The notes: a model not told the origin generated them from the letters alone. A DNA stretch of 36,026 nt from Opitutales bacterium (GCA_049599475.1 JBMYOQ010000042.1:1-36026), one strand, 5' to 3'; positions 8,437 through 18,504 are shown, counted from the stretch's first letter. Numbers and translations are program-made.

Positions 8437-10548
8437 ATGTTTCTTCGCAAACTCATAGGATATTCTAAAAAGGCAAAATCTCTCCCTCCTGCAGTGGAAA
8501 GAGTCAGCATCATTGTCCCCGTCTACAATGCCCTAGAAGAAACCGAAAAGTGCATAGAATCGTTGATCAAACACACTGATCCTCGCGTCAAAATTGTTAT
8601 CGCGAACGACGCGAGCCCAGACCCCCGAGTATGCCGCCGGCTGCAGGAGATAAAGGAACACTCACCCAATATTCATCTTATACAGCGCACACGTAACTTA
8701 GGCTACACTCGAAATGTAAACGCGGCAATTGAATCCGTAGACGAGGACTTCGTTCTCCTCAACAGCGACACTCAAGTGTTCTCCGGTTGGCTTGAAAACC
8801 TCCTAGCCCCTCTCCTCTCATCAAAACATAACAGTCTCGATATAGGCACGATCACAGCCCTATCAAATGCGGCAGGGGCGTTCTCAATCCCTATCAACAA
8901 TCAAGTAAACGAACGGCTACACGAGACCGACTGGGACGATTGGGCATACTTGCTAGCGTCCGCTCAAATCGCAGCGTCCCCGCCAGTACCCACAGGAAAT
9001 GGATTCTGCCTATACATCAGCCGGAAGTGCTGGAATACCGTCGGACAATTCGATGAAGAATTGTTTCCACGAGGATATGGGGAGGAAAACGACTTTTGCC
9101 AAAGAGCCGTAAAAGCAGGGTTCTCAAATTTTATCGCTCAGAAGTGTTTCGTCTTCCACGCACGCTCAAAGTCTTTCGGAGACACCAAAGCACCTCTCCT
9201 CGAGCAAGGGTCTCAGGCGGTAAGAAAACGCCATCCAAACTATAAGAAGGATATTACCCATTGGCTCGGTGATGATCCAGTCGACGAAACACGCGATCGA
9301 TTTAAGAAAAACCTGAAGCTACTCACAGACATCAGAAGCAAAGATAAGAAACTCAAAATCTTATTAATCATCCATTCAGGCGGAGGAGGTACCAAACATA
9401 CAAATGAAGATTTGGTGGAAATGCTCAACAAACGACACAACGCTTCTGTGTTAGTGACTGATAAATCTAAATGGATTCTTCATAGCCCTAATCACGAAAC
9501 CGAAGAATTTTCTTTTAACATTGAGTGGAAAATTCATAGAAAGCCCAACGGAGAGCGACTCAGGGCCCTTCGGAACATTATTGCAAAATTCCGTCCAGAC
9601 TTAGTCCACTTCAGGCACTTTTTCGGGAACACACCAGAATTCATCCGAGAGATAAAGAAATCACGCATCCCTGTTATTTTCTCATTCCACGACTTTGCCA
9701 CCGTATGCCCGACGATCCAGCTAGTTAATGAATCAGGCAAGCCATGCAGGGGAGAATGTAATACACAGGCTGGGGACTGCCTCACATCCATAACCTGGAT
9801 TGATCAAGGCTTAAGAATAAAACATGACTTCGTAAATCGATGGCGAGAACGTGTCCGTAAGAACCTCATTCTTTGTGATGCTTTCGTAGTTACATCGCCC
9901 AGCACTCGAAACATCGTAACACGCAACTTTCCGGAACTTCCAACGTGGAAATTTACAGTCATTCCTCATGGCCGAAAAATTTCTCCCCCACGAGAGCTTC
10001 CAATTAAGATTACATCTGGAAGCAGTAAACCTCGCATACTTTTTTTCGGAGCCTTAGGTCACAATAAAGGCCTTCAGGTTTTCTTGGAGATAGCCAACCT
10101 AAATCGTCTCAACGATTTCCCTTTCGAGCTACACACCCTAGGAGCCTCCAATTTCACACAGGACCTGACACCCCTAAAGATAACGCAACACGGCGCATAC
10201 AAACGCGATGAATGCATAGACAAGATCACAGAAATAGGGCCTATCCTCACACTAATTCCATCAAATTGGCACGAGACATATTGCCATACTCTCACTGAAT
10301 CTTGGGCTGCAGGAGTGCCTGCACTTGTCTCCGACTTAGGAGCTCTAGGTGAACGCATGCGTCGCTACAATGCGGGGCTTGCACTCCCCTACGATCAGGC
10401 TTCCAAATGGTATGAGAGCATAATCTACTGCATAGACAATCCATCTCACCTACAGCAAATCACAAAGAATATTCAACGAACGCCCAGTATTTCCGTATTA
10501 GACATGTGTACCGAGTACGAAAAAGTCTACACGCGGTGCATTCTATAA
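8437..10548 (+). CDS. Bifunctional glycosyltransferase (GT2 N-domain + GT4-like C-domain)
   Basis: N-domain: VSIIVPVYN, NDASPD, NLGYT, LLNSD, FPRGYGEENDFC. C-domain: GGGT, SFHDF, PHG, GHNKG, ETYCHTLTESW. Confidence 0.88.
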   Translation: MFLRKLIGYSKKAKSLPPAVERVSIIVPVYNALEETEKCIESLIKHTDPRVKIVIANDASPDPRVCRRLQEIKEHSPNIHLIQRTRNLGYTRNVNAAIESVDEDFVLLNSDTQVFSGWLENLLAPLLSSKHNSLDIGTITALSNAAGAFSIPINNQVNERLHETDWDDWAYLLASAQIAASPPVPTGNGFCLYISRKCWNTVGQFDEELFPRGYGEENDFCQRAVKAGFSNFIAQKCFVFHARSKSFGDTKAPLLEQGSQAVRKRHPNYKKDITHWLGDDPVDETRDRFKKNLKLLTDIRSKDKKLKILLIIHSGGGGTKHTNEDLVEMLNKRHNASVLVTDKSKWILHSPNHETEEFSFNIEWKIHRKPNGERLRALRNIIAKFRPDLVHFRHFFGNTPEFIREIKKSRIPVIFSFHDFATVCPTIQLVNESGKPCRGECNTQAGDCLTSITWIDQGLRIKHDFVNRWRERVRKNLILCDAFVVTSPSTRNIVTRNFPELPTWKFTVIPHGRKISPPRELPIKITSGSSKPRILFFGALGHNKGLQVFLEIANLNRLNDFPFELHTLGASNFTQDLTPLKITQHGAYKRDECIDKITEIGPILTLIPSNWHETYCHTLTESWAAGVPALVSDLGALGERMRRYNAGLALPYDQASKWYESIIYCIDNPSHLQQITKNIQRTPSISVLDMCTEYEKVYTRCIL

Positions 10549-10561
10549 ATCTTAACCATTG

Positions 10562-11383
10562 ATGACCAAACTCCCTGACTTTCTTTGTATAGGCGCCCAA
10601 AAATCCGGGACTACCTGGCTGCACAACATGCTAAAGCAGCACCCTCAGATTTTCCTCCCAAAAACCAAGGAGTTAATGTTCTTCGACGTAAAAAGAAACT
10701 TTGAATCCGAGGGTCTAGATGGGTATTCAAGAAATTTCGCCGAAGCCGCTCCTGGCCAATTGATTGGAGAAATTACCCCAGGCTATCTTTGGACCGCAAC
10801 ACAGAGAAACGTACGGTCAAAAAACGAGAACGCTCTCTTTAGACGCAGAACACCTGAACGTGTTGCTGAGACTCTTGGCATGGGCACTAAATTACTCATC
10901 ATTCTCAGAGACCCTGTAGACCGAGCAATCTCAGCGTTCTTTCATCATTTTCGAAAAGGAAGGTTCACTGAAATCGATTACCAACTTCTAAAGAAAGACC
11001 CAAATGGGATCGTCGACATGGGCCGATATGTTCGCCATATTAACCGCTGGGCAAAGCACTTTCCAAAAGAGAATTTTTACATCACGACTTACGACGAACT
11101 CTTCACCGATCCAAGCTCAGGCCTGAATCATGTTTACAAATTCCTGGGCCTCCAAGAACACTCCAAGCACAAGCGAATTCGAAGCAAGTATAACAACCCT
11201 TCGGACTATGAACTCAGAGAAGACGGCTATTGGCTGGTGTCTTGCAATGGTCTGACCGACATACCCACCGATCGTCCCGTGATACCAAACGAAGTCATCG
11301 ATTTTCTGAAAGAGAGCTACCAGCTAGACAATCATCGTCTTGCGAAGAGGTGGAAAGTAGACGTAAGCGGTTGGGCCGCTTAG
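10562..11383 (+). CDS. PAPS-dependent sulfotransferase
   Basis: 5'-PSB loop PDFLCIGAQKSGTTWL, KELMFFD, GEITPGY, and 3'-PB motif LRDPVDRAIS. Confidence 0.9.
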   Translation: MTKLPDFLCIGAQKSGTTWLHNMLKQHPQIFLPKTKELMFFDVKRNFESEGLDGYSRNFAEAAPGQLIGEITPGYLWTATQRNVRSKNENALFRRRTPERVAETLGMGTKLLIILRDPVDRAISAFFHHFRKGRFTEIDYQLLKKDPNGIVDMGRYVRHINRWAKHFPKENFYITTYDELFTDPSSGLNHVYKFLGLQEHSKHKRIRSKYNNPSDYELREDGYWLVSCNGLTDIPTDRPVIPNEVIDFLKESYQLDNHRLAKRWKVDVSGWAA

Positions 11384-11387
11384 GCCT

Positions 11388-13394
11388 TTATCCGTTAGAT
11401 CGCTTCAACAAACCCAAAATACTCTCAGCAGAGGCCTCCAAATCAAAGCCCTCGCTAACTGCTTTTGCTCTTCGCTTCAACGTCGCGAGCAACGCGTCAT
11501 TCGCTACCGTATCACAAATCGAGCGGACGATCGTATCTTCATCCTCAACATTAACACACACTGCGCTCACACCTTTTTCGAAAAACTCGATGCAGCCAGA
11601 ATTTTCGCTAACTAAGACAGCGCATCCGCAGGCAGCGGCCTCCAGAGCAGCACGCCCAAAAGCCTGAAAATAAGATAGGTCAATAAATAGGTCTGAACTC
11701 CGAAAAAGATCGGCAACTTCAACCGATCGCAAACGCCCAAGGTGTCGCCAATTCGCATAGCGACGTATTTCCCATTTGGCAATCTCATGCTCATCACAAC
11801 CGAACGTTCGAATTTCAAAATCCGAATAACTCTCGGCGAGGACCTTCAATACACGCATCGTCCCTTCCGGGTTTCGCCGAGGCGTTGAAGGCCTAATCAT
11901 AGCCACAAGAACATTTCGCTCCCCGAGTCTAATACTATCGGTATTAAAGAAAACATCTTTATCCAAACTAGGCCTCACAGTCATTGCTGTAAGGTTTACT
12001 TTCTCTTGTAGCTGTCCCTTTAGCCACCTTGTTTTCACAAAGACCAACCAGTCTCGCCCAGTATTATATGTTTCCATTGCCAAAGAATGACGCGGGTCAT
12101 TCTTTTCATAGAAATCAGGCTCGAAATCTTGAACGTAGTAGGCGCCCCGCACACTACTTGACTCAACGGCCTGATTCACAAGATCAACCGAAGTCCAAAT
12201 CGTTGCAACGACATAGTCAAAAGTACTCGCGAGTGCCAAAAACTCTTCTTCAGTCCTGTAAAAGATCAAATGATCAATTTCTTCTCCATGAAAATGCTTT
12301 TGATATAGAGGACGCTCAACTAGAGGAATCGCGACGCGCGCCATCGCGCCTAATTCATTTAATTTGCGACTTTCCTGAACGACCGACAAGACTCCCCCGC
12401 TACCGGGATGCGCCTGTAATAAATATAATACCCGAACACTCGACTTCGCTTCAAACTCCCCAGAGACAACCCCTTCGGGAAACGATCCATAAATAGATGA
12501 GACAACATCACGGGCACTAGCCAGGTGCTTATTGGACCGTAAGCGCTTCACCATTCCGGAGATCTTTTGCTTACCATGTAGCTCCTCTAGTCGTTTGCCA
12601 TTTTTATCCACCAAACGTTTTCTCCTTTCCGAGCCGAAAGACTTTGATTTGTGATGGAATAAATATGCGCGCAAAGACACGCCCAATCGATAACCACGCT
12701 TACCCGCTCGGATGCACCAATCATTTTCCTCCCCATAGCCTGATGGGAAATTGTCTTCATCCAAATAACCAATAGACTCGAAAACCTGTCGACGAAAACA
12801 AGTCATTACGCCATTTAGCAAGGGCACTCGCACAGGCTTAGTCCTCCCATATGTCTCTGTCAGTTTTTTACCAATAAATTCCGAATTCAAATCCTCAGGA
12901 TATTCATTTATACTCCAAGAACCGTCCTCATCACACAGCACGGGAACGTTCTGCCAAGATGCGGCATTAGACAAGGGACCTAGAGCGGAATACTTCTGAT
13001 TATCTTCCAAGCCCATGACAAGCGCCTGCAATGTATGCCTTACAACCACCGCATCAGAGTTCATAAGAATAACATAATCAGATCGCGATGCTCTTAGTCC
13101 TCGGTTCGCCGAAGCCGTATACCCTTGAGCTACTTCGTGCCTCAGCAGGTTAATGTATGCCCTGCCTTTAACCAGCTCAAAGAGTTTCTCAGATTCCTCC
13201 AGAATAGAGCCATCATCAACGATGATAAGTTGCCCTGCATAGTCCCAGTATTTTAGAAGCGCACCGAGACATTCCGCAAAGATATCAACCTGATTATGCA
13301 CACATACGACCACATCAACACTAGGCCTCTTCCGTGTAACTGCCTTGAGGTATAAACGGCGGCCCCTTCGCTTCCAACGATTCGGAATTAGCAT
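11388..13394 (-). CDS. Bifunctional glycosyltransferase (GT2 N-domain + WsaF-like GT4 C-domain)
   Basis: N-domain: VDVVVCVHN, VDDGS, GYTASAN, MNSD, FPSGYGEENDWC. C-domain: SGG, VATIWTS, YYVQDFEPDFY, RPSTPRR, QAFGRAALEAAACG. Confidence 0.85.
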   Translation of the reverse strand: MLIPNRWKRRGRRLYLKAVTRKRPSVDVVVCVHNQVDIFAECLGALLKYWDYAGQLIIVDDGSILEESEKLFELVKGRAYINLLRHEVAQGYTASANRGLRASRSDYVILMNSDAVVVRHTLQALVMGLEDNQKYSALGPLSNAASWQNVPVLCDEDGSWSINEYPEDLNSEFIGKKLTETYGRTKPVRVPLLNGVMTCFRRQVFESIGYLDEDNFPSGYGEENDWCIRAGKRGYRLGVSLRAYLFHHKSKSFGSERRKRLVDKNGKRLEELHGKQKISGMVKRLRSNKHLASARDVVSSIYGSFPEGVVSGEFEAKSSVRVLYLLQAHPGSGGVLSVVQESRKLNELGAMARVAIPLVERPLYQKHFHGEEIDHLIFYRTEEEFLALASTFDYVVATIWTSVDLVNQAVESSSVRGAYYVQDFEPDFYEKNDPRHSLAMETYNTGRDWLVFVKTRWLKGQLQEKVNLTAMTVRPSLDKDVFFNTDSIRLGERNVLVAMIRPSTPRRNPEGTMRVLKVLAESYSDFEIRTFGCDEHEIAKWEIRRYANWRHLGRLRSVEVADLFRSSDLFIDLSYFQAFGRAALEAAACGCAVLVSENSGCIEFFEKGVSAVCVNVEDEDTIVRSICDTVANDALLATLKRRAKAVSEGFDLEASAESILGLLKRSNG

Positions 13395-13399
13395 AGAGC

Positions 13400-14512
13400 C
13401 TAGACCATGTGATCGCGGATAGTGTCGCGCACTAATTTAATCAAGAAGAACATCAAAACCAACACAACAAATACCTGCACCGTTGCCCTTAAAGACTTCG
13501 GACTAGACGCTGCATCTGGAATATAGGGTTTGGAAATAACAGTTACAAATTTGCCTTGTTTCGCGGCTTCCAAATTCGCGGTATTCAATGAGGCAATGGC
13601 GGCGGCAAATGTATTACGGGCAATTTCTTGGTTAAGCTGCACCAGCTCGTATTCGCCATTTAGCGTGTTTACCCCTTCACCCTCTATTCCAACAAGAGCC
13701 CTGTTTTGCTCTTCTATAGAAACTTCCAAAGTAGAAATAGAATCATTCAACATTTGAATTTGTTGAGATTTAGGGTCCACAGATTCCAATAGCGTGGCTC
13801 GTTCAACTCTAAGCGATAACAGCTCCGAACGAAGCCTAGCTATCTGTTGATAAACCTGAGAAACCTCTGTACCCAAATCAAACACTCCTCGCTTCTCACG
13901 AAAAGTAACCAACTCCTCGTTGACCCGATGCAAGGCTTCTCGAGCTTTCTCGAATTCTTCCCGCGCCACACGGGTCTGTTCATTAAGTGCACGCTGACTT
14001 AGCTCATTCATCACCTCTTCAGCTTTCGTAACGGTAAAGAGCATCACTTGGTGGGAGAGCTCTGGATCAAAAGTCTCCATACTCGCCTTTAGCACACCAC
14101 TCTCCGAAGAAATTCTCGCGGCAAACAACTCATTGAAGAATTCGAAAAAATCATAATTTGATGCATCTGCCGGCAGACGCTGCAAACCTCGAAAGCCATT
14201 GCTAGAAAAGTGCTGCTTAAGGCCAAAGGCTTCCTCGGCCTGCTGCGCGAACTCGTAACTAGTAAGATATGCTGAGAGAATCCTGCCGTCTTCTGTGGAT
14301 GGCCTCTCGCCCAGTCCGAATAAGCCACTTGCGCCTCCCATCTCAGCCATCGCGCTCTGCTGATTTTTTGTTACAATCAAGGAGGCTTCGGAAGTAAACA
14401 TTTCCTGAGCTAGAAAATACTGATAAACAATTGTAATTAGTATTGGAATCGCCACGACAAATAAAAATAGCCGTGCGTTAATAAATTCAAAGATTCTAAT
14501 AAACAGGTTCAT
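13400..14512 (-). CDS. kpsE: Capsule export inner-membrane adaptor (KpsE/polysaccharide co-polymerase family)
   Basis: N- and C-terminal TM helices with a long coiled-coil periplasmic region and the VISKPYIPD motif; directly downstream of kpsT. ATG 14512 preferred. Confidence 0.85.
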   Translation of the reverse strand: MNLFIRIFEFINARLFLFVVAIPILITIVYQYFLAQEMFTSEASLIVTKNQQSAMAEMGGASGLFGLGERPSTEDGRILSAYLTSYEFAQQAEEAFGLKQHFSSNGFRGLQRLPADASNYDFFEFFNELFAARISSESGVLKASMETFDPELSHQVMLFTVTKAEEVMNELSQRALNEQTRVAREEFEKAREALHRVNEELVTFREKRGVFDLGTEVSQVYQQIARLRSELLSLRVERATLLESVDPKSQQIQMLNDSISTLEVSIEEQNRALVGIEGEGVNTLNGEYELVQLNQEIARNTFAAAIASLNTANLEAAKQGKFVTVISKPYIPDAASSPKSLRATVQVFVVLVLMFFLIKLVRDTIRDHMV

Positions 14513-14519
14513 AATAAAA

Positions 14520-15914
14520 TCATATCCGAGCTTCAATCACCTCTATATCTGCCAACGCTCGTTCAGCCATAGAAATTGCCTCTTTATCGTTCAACAAACT
14601 AAACAAGTAATCTAAAGATTTCTCATCGCTTTCTGTATTGCTAAGAAAATGGACCAACCAAAGTTTGTAATCTCGATTCTTCGGCCACCCATCAATCAAC
14701 ACAGCTGCGGCCTCCACTGCATCACTCCACCGCTGCAGAGCTCCTAGCGTCCTAACCCGCAATGCATGAAGCTCCTCAGAATCTCGTTCCAATGATATAG
14801 CATTTTCGCAACACTTGAGTGCAGAATCGTATTCTCCAACTCGAAAATAATAAAACGCAGCCTTGGTATTCAAACCTTTCTGCATCGGATCCAATTTCAA
14901 ACCCGTCTCAAGCGCTTCTTTCAGCGCTCCGAGATCCTCCAACCTCTCAGCGATCGCTGCCTTACGCAAATACAGACCACGCGCATCCGGGTTCATCTCA
15001 ATTGCCGTGTTGACGGCTTCAATGGCCATATGCCATTGCCCTAAGACCATATGCGCATGCGCCAAGCGAGCGTAATTTCGAGCTATAACAATCGGATTTT
15101 TCTCTTCGCGGGCAATATTCAGGTCTCGAGAAATTTCATTCAATTTTTGCTTCAGAATGCCCAGAGAGTTCTCTTTTTTACTTTGCTCTTCTTGCTTGTC
15201 TATCGATCCCACGACTTTCGATACATCGACAACCTTCTTCTCCTCAATTTTTGCCTGCGTCTTTGGTAAATATTCCCGAATGCAATCTTCTATATCATCA
15301 TAGATAGTTACCTTGCCATTTTTGACCAAGACCCCGACATCACAAAAACGTCGAATATCCCCCATCGAGTGTGAAACCATTATAAGATTAGACTTCTTAC
15401 TTTTTTCCTCAAAAAGCTGCTTCGCAATCCGTTTGAATTCACCGTCCCCAACCGCAGTCAACTCGTCAATCAAGTAGCACTCAAATTCGAACACCATACT
15501 CAATGCAAAACCAAGCCGAGCACCCATGCCCGAAGAATAGTAAGCGACTGGTTCGAAAAAATATTTGCCTAAACCTGCTATTTCATTGATGCGGTCCAAC
15601 TGCGTTCGAGATTGTGACGAATCTATCCCATAAAGGTTAAAGATCATTTTGCAGTTTTCATATCCCGACATACTCGCAATGAAGCCCCCTTTGAGCCCCA
15701 ATGGCCAAGATACTGAAACAGACGACTTAACTGTTCCCGAATCTGGAAAATCGATTTTCCCTAGTATCCTTAGAAGTGTTGATTTTCCGGCGCCGTTCGG
15801 CCCAAGAATTCCGATATTGGTTCTCTCTGGAAACTCGAAGGATACATTTTTAAAAACGTAGTGACGAGACTCTGCGAGCAGATAGGACTTGGTAAGGTTT
15901 TCGACCGAAATCAT
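14520..15914 (-). CDS. kpsT: Capsule ABC transporter ATPase KpsT with a C-terminal TPR-like extension
   Basis: Walker A GPNGAGKST, SWPLG, YSSGM signature, Walker B YLIDE, AVGD and MVSH in the first ~220 aa, then ~240 aa of helical TPR-like repeats. Confidence 0.9.
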   Translation of the reverse strand: MISVENLTKSYLLAESRHYVFKNVSFEFPERTNIGILGPNGAGKSTLLRILGKIDFPDSGTVKSSVSVSWPLGLKGGFIASMSGYENCKMIFNLYGIDSSQSRTQLDRINEIAGLGKYFFEPVAYYSSGMGARLGFALSMVFEFECYLIDELTAVGDGEFKRIAKQLFEEKSKKSNLIMVSHSMGDIRRFCDVGVLVKNGKVTIYDDIEDCIREYLPKTQAKIEEKKVVDVSKVVGSIDKQEEQSKKENSLGILKQKLNEISRDLNIAREEKNPIVIARNYARLAHAHMVLGQWHMAIEAVNTAIEMNPDARGLYLRKAAIAERLEDLGALKEALETGLKLDPMQKGLNTKAAFYYFRVGEYDSALKCCENAISLERDSEELHALRVRTLGALQRWSDAVEAAAVLIDGWPKNRDYKLWLVHFLSNTESDEKSLDYLFSLLNDKEAISMAERALADIEVIEARI

Positions 15915-16711
15915 GTCTGCTTTATGGTTCCCGTAGTTACAACCTTTATGCGATACCTGCGGTAAATCGTGAGCCCTAAGACCAAGCTCCCAAGAGCAAG
16001 CACAGACAACCTTACCAAAGATCCATTCAATAATTCATAATCTTCGAAGAGGTAATAACGGACTTGCTCAATAGCGATCGTGATAGGATTCCACAGCATG
16101 TATTTTTGAACAGACTCTGGCATACTAGACACCGAGAAAAAAATACCAGATGCAAAAAACAGAGGCCGCAATAGCATTGGAAACACTTTTTTAAACTCAT
16201 TTATTTGAGGAGAAATCATTGCGGCTCCGATGCCAATTCCTGTCGAAAAAAGGGTTAACAGAATGATTGGCAAAATTACGAAAGAAATAGATTTCATCGT
16301 AAAATGATAACCCACCCAATGCATGACTGTCAGAATAATCACGAGAGTCATCAATCCGATTATCGAATTCAAAATAATTCTGCTTAATATCGGATCAATA
16401 GGTTTCACTCTTTGGTACCCCATCAAAGACATCGAACTCTCAACCGCGCCAAGACCACCCCGGATAGTTCCAGAAAAGAAACTGTACGTAATAATCCCCG
16501 AAGCAAAAAACAACGGGAACGGAATTCCCTCGATAGGCCCACTACCGCGCAACAAGCGGATCGCTGACAAGATACCAATCATAGCAACCGGTTCCAAGAT
16601 AGCCCAAAGGTACCCCAGTTTGAAGCGACTATAATTCCCCCTCAGTTCTCGCATCATCAACGCGAAAATCACGGACTTTTGGATCTCAAATGGTCTTTGC
16701 CTCGCGTTCAT
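15911..16711 (-). CDS. kpsM: Capsule ABC transporter permease KpsM
   Basis: VIFALMMREL, LGYLWAILEP, RVKPID, SGIFF and WNPI motifs; about 6 TM helices; ATGA overlap with kpsT. Confidence 0.92.
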   Translation of the reverse strand: MNARQRPFEIQKSVIFALMMRELRGNYSRFKLGYLWAILEPVAMIGILSAIRLLRGSGPIEGIPFPLFFASGIITYSFFSGTIRGGLGAVESSMSLMGYQRVKPIDPILSRIILNSIIGLMTLVIILTVMHWVGYHFTMKSISFVILPIILLTLFSTGIGIGAAMISPQINEFKKVFPMLLRPLFFASGIFFSVSSMPESVQKYMLWNPITIAIEQVRYYLFEDYELLNGSLVRLSVLALGSLVLGLTIYRRYRIKVVTTGTIKQT

Positions 16712-16732
16712 CCCTCAGGTATAAACCGACAA

Positions 16733-16783
16733 AATTCCCCCACAAAAATAGGTCTTGTCAATGATTTTGAGTGGTCTCACGTT
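16733..16783. promoter_or_regulatory. Possible divergent promoters for kpsM and kpsD with overlapping -35 boxes
   Basis: TTGTCAA at 16755-16761 reads TTGTCA on + and TTGACA on -. The -10 boxes at 17-nt spacing are weak (CACGTT on +, GAATTT on -). Confidence 0.25.
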
Positions 16784-16818
16784 TGCGGGGTTTATCCGTG
16801 AACCGACGCAACTCAACC

Positions 16819-18486
16819 ATGGCACGCCCAAATTTCTCAAAAAGTTTCCTGTTCCTTATCTTCACACCACTTCTAATAGTGGGTGCGAAAGCTCAGACAT
16901 TAACCCTACAAAGAGCTGCAGAAACGGGATCCGAAAGACAGCAACTCGAAAAGATCCCGCAAGCGAACACGAATGCAGCGAGCGACTCGCGCGTATTCGG
17001 TTCCTCAATTTTTTCCGCTCCAGAGATAGACGCCTCTTCGTTTTCAACTTTCAATCCAGACTACAGAATCCAAGTAGGTGATTTGATAAGAGTGCAGATT
17101 TGGGGAGCGCTCGCATTCCAGGGAGTGTTAGCGGTGGACGCACAAGGCCATATTTTTATCCCTGAAGTCGGCCCAGTCCAAGTCTTAGGGCTTCCAAACG
17201 GTGAACTCACCGCCCGTGTCAAAGAAGCCGTATCAGAAGTCTATACTCGCAATATACAGATCTACGCTAATTTGGAGACTTCTCAGGAAGTAAGAGTGTA
17301 TGTTGCTGGTTACGTGAATACCCCTGGGTTATATGGTGGGCCCACGAGCGAAAACCTAATCAACTATTTAAAGCTCGCCGGAGGCATAGACCTTGATCGC
17401 GGGAGCTTCATAGAAATTGATGTGAAACGGGGAAACGAAACACTTCAAAGCGTGAATCTCTACGATTTCCTCACTGAGGGGTCCGTTCCACTTGTTCAAT
17501 TTGCTGATGGCGATGTAATATTCGTCCATCCCATAAAACACACGCTAAGCATAGAAGGGCTCGCCAAAAATGCCTTTCAGTTTGAATTTGAGGGAGAATT
17601 CATTGTAGGGACAGAAATCCTAAGGCTTGCACGTGTCGATCCAATCGCCACTACGGCCGTTGTAAAGCGCTCTCTGGGACCGAAGGCGTCCGTTATAAAC
17701 TTAGATATGGGCGAGGTTGAGTCCTTCGATTTTCTTCCAGGGGACCGCGTAATCTTTTCCGCAGACCGCCAAAAAGACACAGTACTCGTAAAGGTCGATG
17801 GTGAACACGACGGAGACGGCTACATTGTAATGCCCTATGGGACTACCATTGGCGATCTTTTCGAGCGCCTTGAATTCTCAACTTACTCCAATGTAGACGC
17901 CATTCAGCTTTTCCGAAAGAGTGTTCAAAAGCGCCAGAAGGATGCCATTCTGGCCTCTCTCCAGCGTTTAGAGAACAATGTCCTCTCGGCGCGCTCTAGC
18001 ACGGCGGATGAAGCGAGGTTGCGGGCGGCTGAGGCTGAGTTGCTGCTGCAGTTTGTCGATCGAGCGCGCAACGTGGAGCCCCTTGGGCAAGTCGTCTTGA
18101 ATGGAGAAAATTGGCGCAATGTGCGACTGGAAGAGGATGATCACATTGTGATTCCTGGGCTTTCCAACTTAGTCATGGTACAGGGCGAAGTGAATTTTCC
18201 CAACACCCAAGTCTTCCGCGAGGAGTCCAAACTCGAGAATTATATCGAATTTGCGGGTGGCTTCACCGAGAATGCCGAGAAGGATAAGATCATTCTCTTG
18301 CGCTCCAATGGCGAGATCAACCTAGTGAAGGAACGCTTGATAGGCTCATCTAAATATGAGCTGAATCCAGGAGACGAAGTCATTGTGCTCCCGGAAGTGG
18401 ATAAGAAATACTTCCCGCTGATCCGCGATCTATCCCAGATTATTTATAATCTGGCAATTGCGACAAAGGTCGTTCTTGACGTATAA
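16819..18486 (+). CDS. kpsD: Polysaccharide export OPX protein (KpsD-like, SLBB domains)
   Basis: FNPDYRIQVGD...IWGA...VDAQGHIFIPEVGPV (Poly_export motif), repeated SLBB motifs (GYVNTPG, LAGG, GEVNFP, FAGG), signal peptide after ATG 16819, and a KpsD-like length. Confidence 0.88.
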   Translation: MARPNFSKSFLFLIFTPLLIVGAKAQTLTLQRAAETGSERQQLEKIPQANTNAASDSRVFGSSIFSAPEIDASSFSTFNPDYRIQVGDLIRVQIWGALAFQGVLAVDAQGHIFIPEVGPVQVLGLPNGELTARVKEAVSEVYTRNIQIYANLETSQEVRVYVAGYVNTPGLYGGPTSENLINYLKLAGGIDLDRGSFIEIDVKRGNETLQSVNLYDFLTEGSVPLVQFADGDVIFVHPIKHTLSIEGLAKNAFQFEFEGEFIVGTEILRLARVDPIATTAVVKRSLGPKASVINLDMGEVESFDFLPGDRVIFSADRQKDTVLVKVDGEHDGDGYIVMPYGTTIGDLFERLEFSTYSNVDAIQLFRKSVQKRQKDAILASLQRLENNVLSARSSTADEARLRAAEAELLLQFVDRARNVEPLGQVVLNGENWRNVRLEEDDHIVIPGLSNLVMVQGEVNFPNTQVFREESKLENYIEFAGGFTENAEKDKIILLRSNGEINLVKERLIGSSKYELNPGDEVIVLPEVDKKYFPLIRDLSQIIYNLAIATKVVLDV

Positions 18487-18504
18487 CCTCCGCACCTCTA
18501 CCAG

